A stretch of 64,000 bases of DNA. Source: Octopus bimaculoides (lineage: Eukaryota). Shown one piece after another: positions 38,773-52,200 of this stretch (the stretch's first letter is position 1; every line of letters starts with the position of its first letter). A program made the position numbers and the translations under genes. The notes under the pieces are model-generated. The model did not search any database and was not told where the DNA came from. It worked only from the letters and a program-made list of their open reading frames with translations. The DNA lies in NCBI RefSeq assembly GCF_001194135.2, contig NC_068983.1, positions 137,266,340 to 137,330,339 on the forward strand, read 5' to 3'.

Positions 38773-41159
38773 GTCTATACTGTTGTCTTTACTTCTGTTA
38801 AAGAATTTGGACAAATTCCGTAGAATAGTCTCAGATTTTTTGGCATTTATTTGATTGATTAAGCGTGAATTTTTAAAACTTGATCTCTACTTGTTCAATA
38901 TGCTTTTTTAATAAAAAGAGGGCTTTTCCGATATATCTACAGAAGTGTAGCCCCCCCCCCCACTTTGTTTCCTCATAACTTCCTGAAAAATGGAAATTTC
39001 TAATGAAATTTTCAACAAATACTTTTCAGGTGCTCTAGATTCCGATTATATCGGAATTTGTTGTGAAAATGTTTTTCAGAGAAGATGAGAGGAGTTTTGA
39101 TAAGTCAATAATCTTGATTTTGTTTCCTCATAACTTTCAGAAAAATAGGTATATTTTTAGCAAAATTGTCTACAAATACCTATCAGATGGTGTAGGTTAT
39201 GATTGTCTGGGAATTTAATTGATGACTGCATACAGATACATTCTGATTCACATCAAGTAATTTTTTCAAGATTTTAAGTTTCATTTCATAGATATGTGGT
39301 GTGTGTATGTATTGCGTGCCCATAAAATTTTTCTTTTGTTCTTTTCTTTTTTTTTTTTGGTCTCAAACTGCCGATACAATCATAATCTATGCCACCTGAC
39401 AGGTACTCGTAGAAAATTTCACAAAAGAATAGGGAATGGGTCAAAATGAAGTGTTTTTTAGACAAAATATATTTTTTTACAAATGTTCACTACCTCACAA
39501 AAGCTATATCAGTAAAGCAAATGGTCTTCCCTAAATGCACTATAGCATAATCTGATCACTATTTCAGATAATTATTGCCATTCTCTTTGAGCATATATAT
39601 AAAAGACTAATTTGGCTGGGGCAAAATGAGTAGGCCAAGATGATAAATTTGCCACTTCAGTTCTCAAAAAAAAAAAAAACAGACTCATACACATCACTAT
39701 CCATCCCTAGACATCAGAAATGCGAAAATTAAATATCTAGGTCAAATGAAAGAAGATCAGGGGGAAATGGCACAAGATACGAAATTAACAAAACTTGACT
39801 AAATATTAAAAAAAAAAACTCTTCAGAAAATATTATCTATATCTTCTTCACGATCTGCTGGAGTGTCTTTTACCCCGTTTTAGACATCATATTTTGAAAC
39901 TTGAAAAAAACCAAACTGGACATTAGTGTGAGGAAAAATTGATTTGGAATCCAACAGAGAAAAGAATATTGATTGTTAAACACCAAAAATTACAGTTAGG
40001 TCAAAGTTGAGGAAATATTTCTTGTAAAAAGAGGACTTGCCACCTGATTATGTTTCAGTCTCTCTCAACTTCAACAACTATGCTGACCAATTTTTACTCC
40101 TAAAGATGATGCAATATTTGCAATGTAATGATTTCTAATAGGTTAGGAGAAAATAACAAGAAATCAGAAGTTACTCATTTTACCCTGGTGCTAATTTTTT
40201 CTAACAGTTATGAAGAAACAAAGTCAATGGGAGGAGCACACATGTAGGTGTGTGGGTCTTCCAATTTTTTCTCTTTTTTTTTTTAGTATGACACATTCAA
40301 GATATCATCATCATTTAACGTCCATTGTACATGCTGGCATGGGTTGGATGGTCTGACTGGGCTGGCATGCTGAAAGGCTGCACCAGGCTCCAGTCTGATT
40401 TGGCATGGATTTCTATGGCTGAATGCCCTTCCTAATGCCAACCACTCCATGAGTGTAATGGGTGCTTTTACGTACCACCAGCACAGATGTATGTCATCAT
40501 CATCATCGTTTAACATCTGCTTTCCATGCTAGCATGGGTTGGACGATTTGACTGAAGACCGGTAAACCAGGAGGCGACACCAGGCTCCAGTCTGATTTGG
40601 CAAAGTTTCTACAGCTGGATGCCCTTCCTAACACCAACCACTCCGAGAGTGTAGTGGGTGTTTTTATGTGCCACCGGCACGAAGGCCAGTCAGGAGGTAC
40701 TGGCAACGGCCACGCTCGAAATGGTGTATTTTACGTGCCACCTGCACAGAAGCCAGTCCAGCGGTACTGGCAACGAACTCGTGCCAGATATATATATATT
40801 TATGTATTTATACATATATATCTAAAACGAACTCCATCAGTTACGATGATGAGGGTTCCAGTTGATCCAATCAACAGAATAGCCTGCTCATGAAACTGAT
40901 GTGCAAGTGGCTGAGCATGCCACAAACATATGTACCCTTGATGTAGTTTTCAGAGAATGTCACAAGGCTGGCCCTTTGAAATAGGGTACTACTCATTTTT
41001 GCCAGCTGAGTGGACTGCAGCAATGTGAAATAGTGTCATGCTCAAGGACACAATCTGTTGCTCGGATTTGAACTCACAACCTTACAATCATGAGCTTAAT
41101 ACCCTAACCACTAAGCCACATGCCTTCACTGTATGTATGTATATATGCATACATACGTA

Positions 41160-42416
41160 GAGGGTGCAGTGAATAAATTGCCGTCTAAATTATGCAAAAA
41201 TGAAAATAACACATCTCATTTTAACAGATATATTTACCAAAACTGCATATCTTGAAATACTAAACAGTAAATTTATTCAATAAAATCGCCATTGGCTTCA
41301 ACCACGGCCTCCAGACGACTTTAGAATTTCCTGCAACTCTTCTAGACAGTCTCTTTGTTTAAGTTGGTGAATGCTGCCATATTCATCTTTAATGTTACAA
41401 GGAGTTTTGTTGGTCTCTCACTCAACTGCATCCCACACATAATAATCAAAGGGGTTGCAGTCTGGGGAGTTAGGTGGCCAGATGTTAGGGGTAATGTGGT
41501 CACAGAAATTATCTGATGGTCATTACTGGGTTCTCCTGCTTGTGTGGCATGGTGCAGAGTCCTGTTGCCAGATATAGGGTCTTCTAGCAGCCACCCCCTT
41601 GGCCAAGGGCAGCACTACCTCCTCCAGGCACTTGATGTAGGCTTCCATGTTGAGTCTGAGGCCGTTTGGGAAGATGAATGGAGGCATAACATCACCAACA
41701 CTAGTGATCACTTCAAACACCATGATGTTGACTGGATGTTTGATTTTTATCACTCTTGGTACATGTTTTGGGGACACAGCAAGCCAATGGTTGTTCAGTG
41801 TGTGCACTATCTGATCCTAGCAGAAATTTTTCTCGTCTGAGAAAAATGAAAGCATGTTCAGTTGGAGGGGATGCTTGAGTTTGTTCAAAAGCTTCTTAGT
41901 GCAATCGTTCCTTTTGTTCTTGATGGCTTGGGGAAAAAATTGGCCCTTTCTCATCTTGTATGAGGAATATCAACTGTCTTTATGCACTACATGCCTGATA
42001 AGAAACTCAGACACTCCTGTTTCCCTGCCGATAAACTTGATTGAGATGCAGGAATTGTTGTCAATCTTGGCTTGGATCTCACCAACAAATTTAGTTCTTT
42101 TCTTATCAGAATGATCCGAGTGAGTTTTCTGAGCTGCCATACCTTCGTAATCACCATTGGGCTCATCCAACTCTTTCCAAATCCTCTTCACTGTTGTCAG
42201 AGTGACACCCAAACACTCTCAAATGTTCATAGAGCTTCTCGCATGAATGCTAAGCAGTACAGTATGTAGTTTCCAAATTTCTGGCAGAGTGAACTGCATC
42301 ATGGTGCTGTTTTTCTCACAGACGGTGCCCAGCTCACCCTACAAAACAGTGTAGTTAAGAAACCAATGCATATGTGCGAAATTAAAAATATAAGATGGCA
42401 ACAATTTACCCATTAC

Positions 42417-42422
<6 letters not shown>
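41160..42422 (-). mobile_element. maT/DD37D Tc1-mariner element, pseudogenized
   Basis: Imperfect TIRs (gagggtgcagtgaataaattgccgtc / gatggcaacaattt...cacccta); WQQDSAPCH...WPPNSPDCNPFD with 37 residues between the 2nd and 3rd D; in-frame stops. Confidence 0.8.
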
Positions 42423-42455
<33 letters not shown>

Positions 42456-43979
42456 CAAATAAAAGGGTAAAGGATTAACAATTTATTAATAAATTAATAA
42501 TTAATAATTTTTACCAAGCACTTTAGCTGTTATTTCTGAACTTCGGTATGTGGTGAAGCAACTGTTGCTGATCCCTTAATTATGTTTATATATGTGTGTA
42601 TATATGTATATATGTATATATATATATATATATATATAGGTGTGATAAGAGGCTTCCTTTACAATCACTTGGTTCCAGGTTCAGCCTTATGAGTGGATTG
42701 TAGAAGTGAGAGTGCAGTTACATAATTTGGAAAGACATCTATGTGCACTGAGTTGGGAACAAATCAATGAAGGCACAAATATTAGGATGCATGTGTAGCT
42801 GGATGTGGGCTCTGCATGCACCAATGTAAGAACACTGATTCACCATCATCATCGTTGTTGTCGTTTAACATCCGCTTTCCATGCTGGCATGGTTGAACGG
42901 TTTGACTGAGAACTGGCAAGCTCCAATCTGGTTTGGCAAGGTTTCTACTGCTGGATGCCCTTCCTAACGCCAACCACTCCGAGAGTGTAGTGGGTGCTTT
43001 TACGTGCCACCGGCATGGGAGCCAGTCAGGCGGCACTGGCATCGCCCATGCTTGAATGGTGCTTTTATGTGCCAGTCAGGCTGCACTGGCATCAGCCACA
43101 CTCAAATGGTAGCAAAGATTAAGTAATTAGTCTAAAACATGTAGCAAAAACAATGTTTTCTTCAGACAACACTTAAGCAGGAGACAGAAACACATGACCA
43201 TGCATACACAAACTCATACGCATAGACACTGAAGCATGCACATATGCACACACATGCAACAAGATCTCAAGCAGACAGATGCGGCGAAGGTAAAGAATAC
43301 GTACACCCGGTGGTTAGGTTTAGGGTTTTTGTTACGCCGAAAACCGGTTGTGTACGTATTCTTTACCTCCGCCGACAAATGCTGCCTCCGTAACAAACTA
43401 AGTCAAAAGTTAATGAAAAAGTTTCAAGTAGCAACGAAGAAACTTTGACAAACGAAAACAAAACAAATGACTTACTGTTTAGCCAAATTAAACAAACAAT
43501 CAATTAGTTGGATATTTAACCAACTGACGAATTATAAAGAAGTGGAATTAAACCAGTGTGTGTGTGTTAATAATATTGGCATAAGGACTCTCCCTATATA
43601 CAGCCCTTGTATTCTTTCGTTTTATAACGAAATGAAAGTGGAAAATTATCGTAAGCAATCGTCCTTAAAAAATTCAGATTTGTTTTAAACGGGAAAGAGG
43701 TTTCAGGATTTTTTAAGAATTCTTTTTTTAAAAAAATGTTGAAAACAGAATCCGAAGAAATTTTTGATTAAAAAAATGGTGGGGAGGGAAAGTGTGCTTT
43801 GCCTGTTCAAAACGCCCGCCTGGTCATTGCCGATTAGTGTCAGTATTTCCACTTTCATTTTCTGATTATAAAACGAAATATCACAGCTATTTGAAATCCC
43901 TCCGAGGTCGAACTTCGCCTTCCTCGTCTCTCAAAATGTATGTGACCTTGTCGCTGTATGAGAAAAAAATATCATTATA

Positions 43980-44100
43980 CTGTTGCCATGACGTCAGTTT
44001 AATTCGTCACAGAACCACAAGAAGGAGGTAGTTCACCATAGTGATATCATAAGTTAGACACTCGAAAATTGTTCATCGGGAATCCCGAAGCCTCGGAAGC
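43980..44100 (+). promoter_or_regulatory. Putative promoter and non-coding first exon upstream of the THAP exon
   Basis: Locally CpG-richer; palindromic CRE motif TGACGTCA at 43989-43996; strong donor CGGAAGC|gtaagt at 44101. Confidence 0.45.
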
Positions 44101-44603
44101 GTAAGTAAAGGGAGATAACTGTATTGTTGCTACGGAATGATTGTTATCACATGGTAACACTCATCAGGTGGCAGCACAGGTTACCAAAACAAAAAGAAGA
44201 AAATGGCAGGCGATTTGTAAAATGTTATCGTTAAACTGAATGAAATTATGAAAAATGTAATAAATGAAGATGATTTCTTACTCAATAAAAACAAGGTAGA
44301 TCATTTATTTTTGTCATAGTTTATCCTTAAAAAGCTATTGAAAATTAGTAAAGAAGTTTCTGCTGTTGTCACATTTCTATCAGTTTTCATTAGATGAAAA
44401 ACTGCTATTTGTCAGTGACATGTGTTTGTTAGGAAAAGTATGAGGGAGATAGAGAATGAGTAACCTGTTATGCATCGTTACACGTAATGTAGGTTGACTT
44501 GAAACGAAATGAATTGGTTAGCAACGCCTTTTTATTTTTTATATTTACTTTCACACTAATAGAAAACGGACTACATACACAAAATACTGTTCCTTCGTAT
44601 TTT

Positions 44604-44693
<90 letters not shown>

Positions 44694-45018
44694 ACTCTTA
44701 GGCGCGCAATCTCATGGTCCCCGCTTTTCTTCTTATACATCCTCATATTCTCTCACACCAACACAATTTCCATCAGACGCCTACACAGACAAATATTATC
44801 TCTCACTACCTCTCTCATTTATTCACATACATACGTCAATGTTAAATCTGGATGGTATCGCTAGAAAATATCCATGCTGATAGAAAAGTGAAAATGTTCT
44901 ACGAGAATTTGATTTTTTTTATTTTCCGGAGAGTAAAATAGCTAATAAAAGTGAACACCCAGTGAATAAATAATAAATGACACAGGCTGGAACTTTGCCT
45001 TCTTTTCTGTTTATGTAG

Positions 45019-45546
45019 GTGGCAATTTTCACTGAAATATTTTTGAAAAAAGATAGTTTTGGATCTATCGTGAAGATAAGCAGATCGATCGAAATAATGC
45101 CCCAACATTGCGTGGTTAGATTTTGTGATACCATTCAGTCTTCGAGTGCAGGATCCGGTACCAGTTTACATCGCTTTCCGAAGGATCCCGTTTTAAGGTC
45201 CAAATGGATCAATTTCGTTCAGACTGGGCGTAAAAACTGGGCACCATGTGTTTCATCTGCCATATGTTCTCTTCATTTCACCAGCGATGATTCTCTAGGG
45301 GTTTTAATGAAGAAATTCGGATGCCGCACACGCGTGTTCTTGAAGCCAGGAGCGATACCCACAATACAGTGCCCTAAAATGACATTGCAAACTTTTCAAA
45401 ATTCACCCACCACACAATATGTTTTGAGCACAGAAAAGCCTACAGAGCAATGGCAGGATTTAGTAAGTCGTAAAGCGAAAAACGATAATATAGTCCTGCC
45501 CGGCAGAAATCCATTAGATCCAAAATTATTTGAAGGAAATTCTCTG
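45019..45546 (+). CDS. Exon encoding a THAP (C2CH) zinc finger; probable start ATG at 45097
   Basis: MPQHCVVRFC...SLHRFPKDPVLRSKWINFV...AICSLHFTSDD...LKPGAIPTI is a complete THAP; acceptor cttttctgtttatgtag (45018); donor TCTCTG|gtaagt (GT 45547), phase 0. Confidence 0.85.
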
Positions 45547-46899
45547 GTAAGTGGTTACCGTTGTTAATATTAGCGTTTATATTTAAGACGACAGGCAAGG
45601 ACTAGGTTGGCCTGTATTTAATTACGTCATAGAGAGTTCAAATTTGCTGGGATCAACTTTGTCATTAATCCCTTTTGAGTTGTTAGAATATGTGTCGGTT
45701 CCAGCTACTGAGATTTGTTCAATCGAACCTTCTCTTCGCCTACACAAATTAATATTTCATAAGTATTTTGTACTTTCGAAATATTAATTTCGTAACTCAA
45801 GACAGACAATCGAAATGAGCTGACTAAATATTGGTCTATATACAGTAAAGTTTTCAGATTGATCCCTAAGTTCTGAATTGTTCTGCCAAAATGTTTTATC
45901 TTTATTTGTCACATTTTGATAAAAATAAGTATCAATATTTCTCTCTCCCATAATAATGGGACCTTCTTCAGAATAAATCAATATATTATAGCTTCTTTAA
46001 TTTATACGTAAGGGACTGGCTTAGCCTTTTCATCATTCTTATTCTATTGGTCCTAGAAAGTGACCACATACCAGTAATTTCTGTTAAGTATATCTTTCTA
46101 ATTTGTGAGTTTTATCAATATAAGAAATCCTTATCCTTAGGATTGGGATATTTTACATCAATATAACAAAAATGATTTATTATATTAATTATTTGAAATG
46201 GCAAAATCAATAGAGCATTAACAAAATGCATTGTGATATTTGAAATGGCTCTTTACATTCAGGGTTCAAATCCTGCTCAAGTTAACTTGCATTCATTCTT
46301 CCAAGGTAAACAAAAAGAAAAATCAAATACTGAAGTTGATACAGTTGACCATTTCTTCCTTTTCACCAAATTTCTAGCCTTTTAGCAAATGCAAGTAATC
46401 ATTGCAGAGCATTAGAAGAAATGTTGTGCAGTATTCCTTTCTGAGTTCATATCCCATCAAAGGTAACTTTATCTTTCATCTCTCCAGAACAATCAAATAA
46501 AGTACCAGTCAAGTACTTAGGGTCAATGTAATTGAGTGACTCCCTCCCCTCAAAAATTGCTGACCTTGTGCCTTAATTAGAAACCATTATTATTGGTAAA
46601 AATGGTTAGAGTGAATGACCCTTCTCTAAGTATGTGCCTGGAGAACAGGAGAGACAGCTCATACCTTTGGTGGTCAGAGTAATCTTGTATCTGTGGGGGT
46701 TACTTGATTGGCCCTAGTTGGAATTTTTCCTGTATCAGGAGGACTCCACTTTTCACACATACCTTGTAAACATTTCACTGTCTTTTCCATTTATTTCTCC
46801 TCATCCTTTATGCAAATCCCCACACAAATTGTTGTCTGTTCTTGTAATGTCTCCCTCATCTATGCTCCTGTGGTTAATAAAAGATATTATTATTAGTAA

Positions 46900-48300
46900 G
46901 GCAGTGAGCTGCCAGAATTGTTAACACAGACAAAATACTTAGTGGCACTTCACCCCTCTCTACATTCTGAGTTCAAATTCTGCCAAGGTCGACTTTCCTT
47001 TTCATCCAATCAGGATCAATGAGCACTGGGGTCAATATAATCAACTAGCCTCCTCCCCCAAATTTCAGGCCTTGTGCCAATAGTAGAAACGATTATTATT
47101 ATTATTAATGTGACAGCATCATGACATGCTGAAAAAATGCTTTGCAGCATTTTTACTGGCTCTTTACATCCTCAGTTCAAATCCTGCTACGCTCAACTTT
47201 GCCTTTCTTCCTTTCAGGGTTGTTAAAATAAAATTCAAGTAATGGGGTCAATTAACTTGCCCACTCCTATCAAAATTGCTGGCCTTATGCCAAAATTAGA
47301 AAACATTTTTGTTTGTATTGTTGTTGCTTTGATTTAGATAAGCTATTCCAAGTCTCATTATTCCAAGTCACATACTTACAATTAAGATACTTGTAAAAGT
47401 TTTTTGTAATATTTTCAGGTCAACTGTTTTTCTTTGGGTGTGAGTTGTAGCCATGAGAACATTACTATTATTGTTATTATTATTATTATTATTATTATTA
47501 AGGCGGTGAGTTGGCAGCATCATTAGCACACTGAACGAAATGCTTTGTGGTATTTCACCCATTGCTCTATTCTGAGTTCAAAATCTACTGAGGTCGACTT
47601 TGCTTTTCATCTTTTCCGAGTGAATAAAATAAGTACCAGTTGAACACTGGGTCAATGTAATCGACTCATCCCCTCCCCCAAACTGCTGCCCTTGTGGCAA
47701 AATTTTAAACCATTATTATTATTATAATTAAGGTTGCAAGCTGGCAGAATCGTTAGCACACTATGAAATGCTTAGTGTTATTTCACCCATCGCTATGTTC
47801 TGAGTTCAAATTCTGCCAAGGTTGACTTTGCCTTTCATCCTTTTCAGGGTTGATGTAATCAACTGGTCCCCTCCCCACAATTTCAGGCCTTGTGCCTATA
47901 TTAAAAAAGGTTATTATTATCAATCATTATTAAAGTGGCAAGCTTACAGGATTGTTAGCATGCTGGACGAAATACTACATGGTATTTTGCCTATTGCTCT
48001 GTTCTCAGTTCAAATTCAGCCCAGGTCGACTTTGTCTTTCATCCTTTCAGTGTTGATAAAATAAGTACTTGTTGAACATTAGAGTCGATGTAATCAACTT
48101 ATCCCCTACCCCAAAATTGCTGCCCTTGTGGCAAAATTTGAAACCGTTATTATTAAGGTAGTGAGCTGGCAGAATCGTTAGCATGCCAGACAAAACGCTC
48201 ATTGATATTTAGTTCAAATTCCACATTGGGGTCAATGTAATCGACTAGTCCCCTCCTCACAAATTTCAGCCCTTGTGCCTTTAGTAGAAAGGACTGTTAT
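46900..48300 (+). mobile_element. Head-to-tail cluster of family B SINEs (ggcagaatcgttagc...gttcaaattc...aaatttgaaacc) separated by (ATT)n
   Basis: About six consecutive copies; further copies are dispersed throughout the window. Confidence 0.8.
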
Positions 48301-48527
48301 TATTATTAATGGTTGCTAATTTAGGCATGTACTCTACTTGTTTCAGTCATTTGACTGTGGCCATGCTGGAGCACTGCCTTTAGTCGAGCAAATCGACCCC
48401 AGGACTTATTCTTTGTAAGTCGAGTACTTATTCTGTCGGTCTCTTTTGCCAAACCGCTAAGTTACGGGGATGTAAACATACCAGCATTGGTTGTCAAGCG
48501 ATGTTAGGGGGACAAACACAAGCATAT

Positions 48528-48559
<32 letters not shown>

Positions 48560-48561
<2 letters not shown>

Positions 48562-49200
48562 CATCATCATCGTTTAACGTCCGCTTTCCATGCTAGCATG
48601 GGTTGGACGATTTGACTGAGGACTGGCAAGCCAGAAGGCTGCACCAGGCTCCAATCTGATCTGTCAGAGTTTCTACAGCTGGATGCCTAACGCCAACCAC
48701 TCCGAGAGTGTAGTGGGTGCTTTTACGTGCCACAGGCACGAGGGCCTGTCACACGGTACTGGCAACAGCCACACTCAAAATGGTGTTTTTTACGTGCTAC
48801 CTGCATGGGAGCCAGTCCAGCAGCACTGGCAACGACCTTGCTCGAATGATTTTCTAATGTGCCACCAGCCCATGCTAGAAGGCAACGCTGGTAACGATTA
48901 CACTCAAATGGTGCTATTTACGGACCACTAGCACGGAAGCCAGACAGCTGCTCTGGCTATGAACACACTTGGACAGTGCTGTTAGTGCTCCACTGGCGCA
49001 GGTGCCAGTCATCAAATATGGTTCAATTACAATTTTAATTTCATTTGCCCCAACAGGTCTTCGCAAGCAGAGTTTAGTGTCTAATGAAGGAGTGGTTGGC
49101 ATGGGTGCCAGTCGTCGGATTTGGTTCGATTTTAATTTCAGATTTCAAATTCACTTGCCTCAACAGGTCTTCGCAAACAGAGTTTAGTGTCCAATGAAGT
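48560..49200 (-). repeat. RTE 3'-UTR-related dispersed repeat with internal minisatellite-like units (also 40300-40790, 42840-43110, 57040-57650)
   Basis: Shared catcatcgtttaacgtccgctttccatgc...cctaacgccaaccactccgagagtgtagtgggtgc core, which is the reverse complement of 33000-33180. Confidence 0.7.
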
Positions 49201-52200
49201 AAAGATAGGAATAAGTGAGCTGGCTATACTTCTGGCAGAGGCCACAGATTATATATATATATATGTATATATATATACGACGGGCTTCTTTCAGCTTCCA
49301 TCTCCCAGATCCACTCACAAGGCTTTGGTCAACCCGAGGCTATAGTAGAAAACACTTGCCCAAGGTGCCACGCAGTGGGACTGAACCCGGANNNNNNNNN
49401 NNNNNNNNNNNNNNNNNNNNNNNNNNNNNNNNNNNNNNNNNNNNNNNNNNNNNNNNNNNNNNNNNNNNNNNNNNNNNNNNNNNNNNNNNNNNNNNNNNNN
49501 NNNNNNNNNNNNNNNNNNNNNNNNNNNNNNNNNNNNNNNNNNNNNNNNNNNNNNNNNNNNNNNNNNNNNNNNNNNNNNNNNNNNNNNNNNNNNNNNNNNN
49601 NNNNNNNNNNNNNNNNNNNNNNNNNNNNNNNNNNNNNNNNNNNNNNNNNNNNNNNNNNNNNNNNNNNNNNNNNNNNNNNNNNNNNNNNNNNNNNNNNNNN
49701 NNNNNNNNNNNNNNNNNNNNNNNNNNNNNNNNNNNNNNNNNNNNNNNNNNNNNNNNNNNNNNNNNNNNNNNNNNNNNNNNNNNNNNNNNNNNNNNNNNNN
49801 NNNNNNNNNNNNNNNNNNNNNNNNNNNNNNNNNNNNNNNNNNNNNNNNNNAAAACCAAAGCAACAACCTGGCAGAATCATTAGCATGCCTGGTAAAATGT
49901 CTTTGCATTCTATGTTCAAATCAGTTTTGCTTTTCATCTTTTTGAGGTCAATAAAATAAGTACTAGCTGAGTACTGGGGTCAATGCAACTGACTTACCCG
50001 CTTCCCCAAAATTGCTGGCTTTGTGCCAAAATTTGAAATCATTATTATTATTATTATTATTATTTTGGTCTCTCAGTTATATTTATGAAGTTTTTGAGAA
50101 TTTAGGCCAAAATTATAATAGCATTGATTTCTAATTTGGGAAGAGAATAGATAACTCCACCCATAAGGATTTGAACTCAAGGATGTAAAAGGGTACATAA
50201 ATACAGTAAGATAAAATATCTAATGCTGTATTTATTCTACCATCTATTGCCCAAATGATAATAATAACTGTTTCAAATGTAAGCACAAGTCCTGAAACTT
50301 TGTGGACAAAAGGATTAACCAATTAAATACTTGACTGGTATTTTGCTTTACCAACACTGGCAGGATGAAAGGCAAAGTTGAACTTGGTGAGATTTGAACT
50401 CAGAATGTAAAGAGCTGCAAGACATTTTGCCCAATGCTATAATGATTTTGGCAATCTAACATTTTAACGCTCTAATATTCTGTGGGCTAGCAATGTTAAT
50501 TCTTTCTAATCTTGGTTACAAGACCAGCAATTCTGAGGGGAGGGGGCAAATTGATTACATTGACTGCAATAGTTGACTGGTACTTTACTTTTTCCACCTT
50601 GAAAGATGAAACAAAATGTTGACTTTAGCAGGATTTGAACTCAGAGCTAGAAGAAATGCTATTAAGCATTTTTTCTGACATGTTAACGATTCTGCCAGCT
50701 CATCATTTTTGGGGCTAGCAATAATAACAATAAGACAATCATAAGAGCTGTACAACTGTGCAAGGTTACAAAAATGCAGTGATGTGCCTAACCTCCCAGT
50801 TTAACAACACCAGCTGGCCCTTAGGTTCTTTCAGCAGAGTACATCCTATAGCGAGCATTCAGGTCAGGTCTCCAATATGAGGATAAATTTTGCCCTTCTT
50901 TCCTTTTCGAAGTCGTATAAAAAAAAATTAATAAATAATAAAAAATCAAATAACATTCCATAACTATCAACTCTTGCATCAAGTTTATTGTATGATTTTC
51001 ACAGAGCAGCATAAATTTAATTGCTTCTTTTCTCTAAACTTTATAGTTTTTGTGTCCAGTGATATTCCTAAAATATCGTATTTGTTAAAATTTTCTCTAT
51101 TGTTTCATGTCATTTGTTTGCTGTTTTTTTACCTGAAGCAATAAGCAGACAAACTGGCAGTAATGACAGAACACAAGACTAAATGGTTTACTTTTTCATA
51201 GCTCTGCATTCTAAAGTTCAAATCTTCACAGCATTGTGTTAATCAAAAAGAAAAATATTAACATTAACTTATCATTCAGTTCAACATCTCACACCACTAT
51301 ATTCATGATGTTATCTGGTGGTTTACTGAGGGAAAATGAAATAATGTAGGGATTTCTGATTGAGATTGAGAAAGAGAGAGAGCTGTATATGTCAAAGAGA
51401 CCTTAAATTTATTAAAGTAATGAAATTTGTTAACATCATGTTATTGATAAGCAGATGTGGTTATCATTGCCTTCTTCAGGAGAAATTTAATTCAACACTG
51501 AGTACTGTTGTGCCCACAAACTGACCCAATATTATTTGCATAGGATGAATAATATATTTTCTTTTGCTGAGAACAAAGCACCAGATTGAGGAAGGAGAAA
51601 TGTAGAATTATGTTTGTTTTACCCTAGGGTATTAGGAATCAGAATCAAATCGCAGTCTTGAATTGCCAAAAGCACTCATCTTTTATGTCTACTTTCACAT
51701 GCTGGCATGAGTTGTTTGGGTTGTTATGTGCCAATTCAGTTTTTATTTAGAATAACTGCCCTGCTAGATGAGATGGGGACCACATCTTAGTCTGATATGG
51801 TTTCTATAGTTAAATGCCCTTCCTATTGTTGACCACTTTACACAGTTCACTGAATCCATTTTATCTAGGCATCACTGCTAAAATGATTATCACGTACTTG
51901 AAAAGATTAGAGACCTCCTTTATGTTGTCTCCATCTGTTTACCAAGAAAATACTGAGTATATTTTATCTTAACACAGCACTAGTAGAAAAGCTGTCTTGT
52001 TCTCACAACACATAAGAGTCTTCATTCATTCATTCATTGGCACCAACCAGATGGTGTCTCATTCCCAGTAGTCATAAGACAGAGTGGTAGATGAAAGAGA
52101 GTAATAGAAGAGAACCAAACTGATAAGGAGCGAATGTGATAGAAATTAATAAAATTAACATTTTAAGCTTACACCTTGTGCAAAGGTGTTTACCTCAAGC

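Noticed and set aside
44190-44297. Short segment ending AACAAG|gtagat in phase 0
   Set aside because: Weak donor and no domain; at most an alternative UTR exon.
48700-48960. Regularly spaced repeats resembling a CRISPR array
   Set aside because: Degenerate minisatellite inside an RTE-related dispersed repeat; eukaryotic context and no cas genes.
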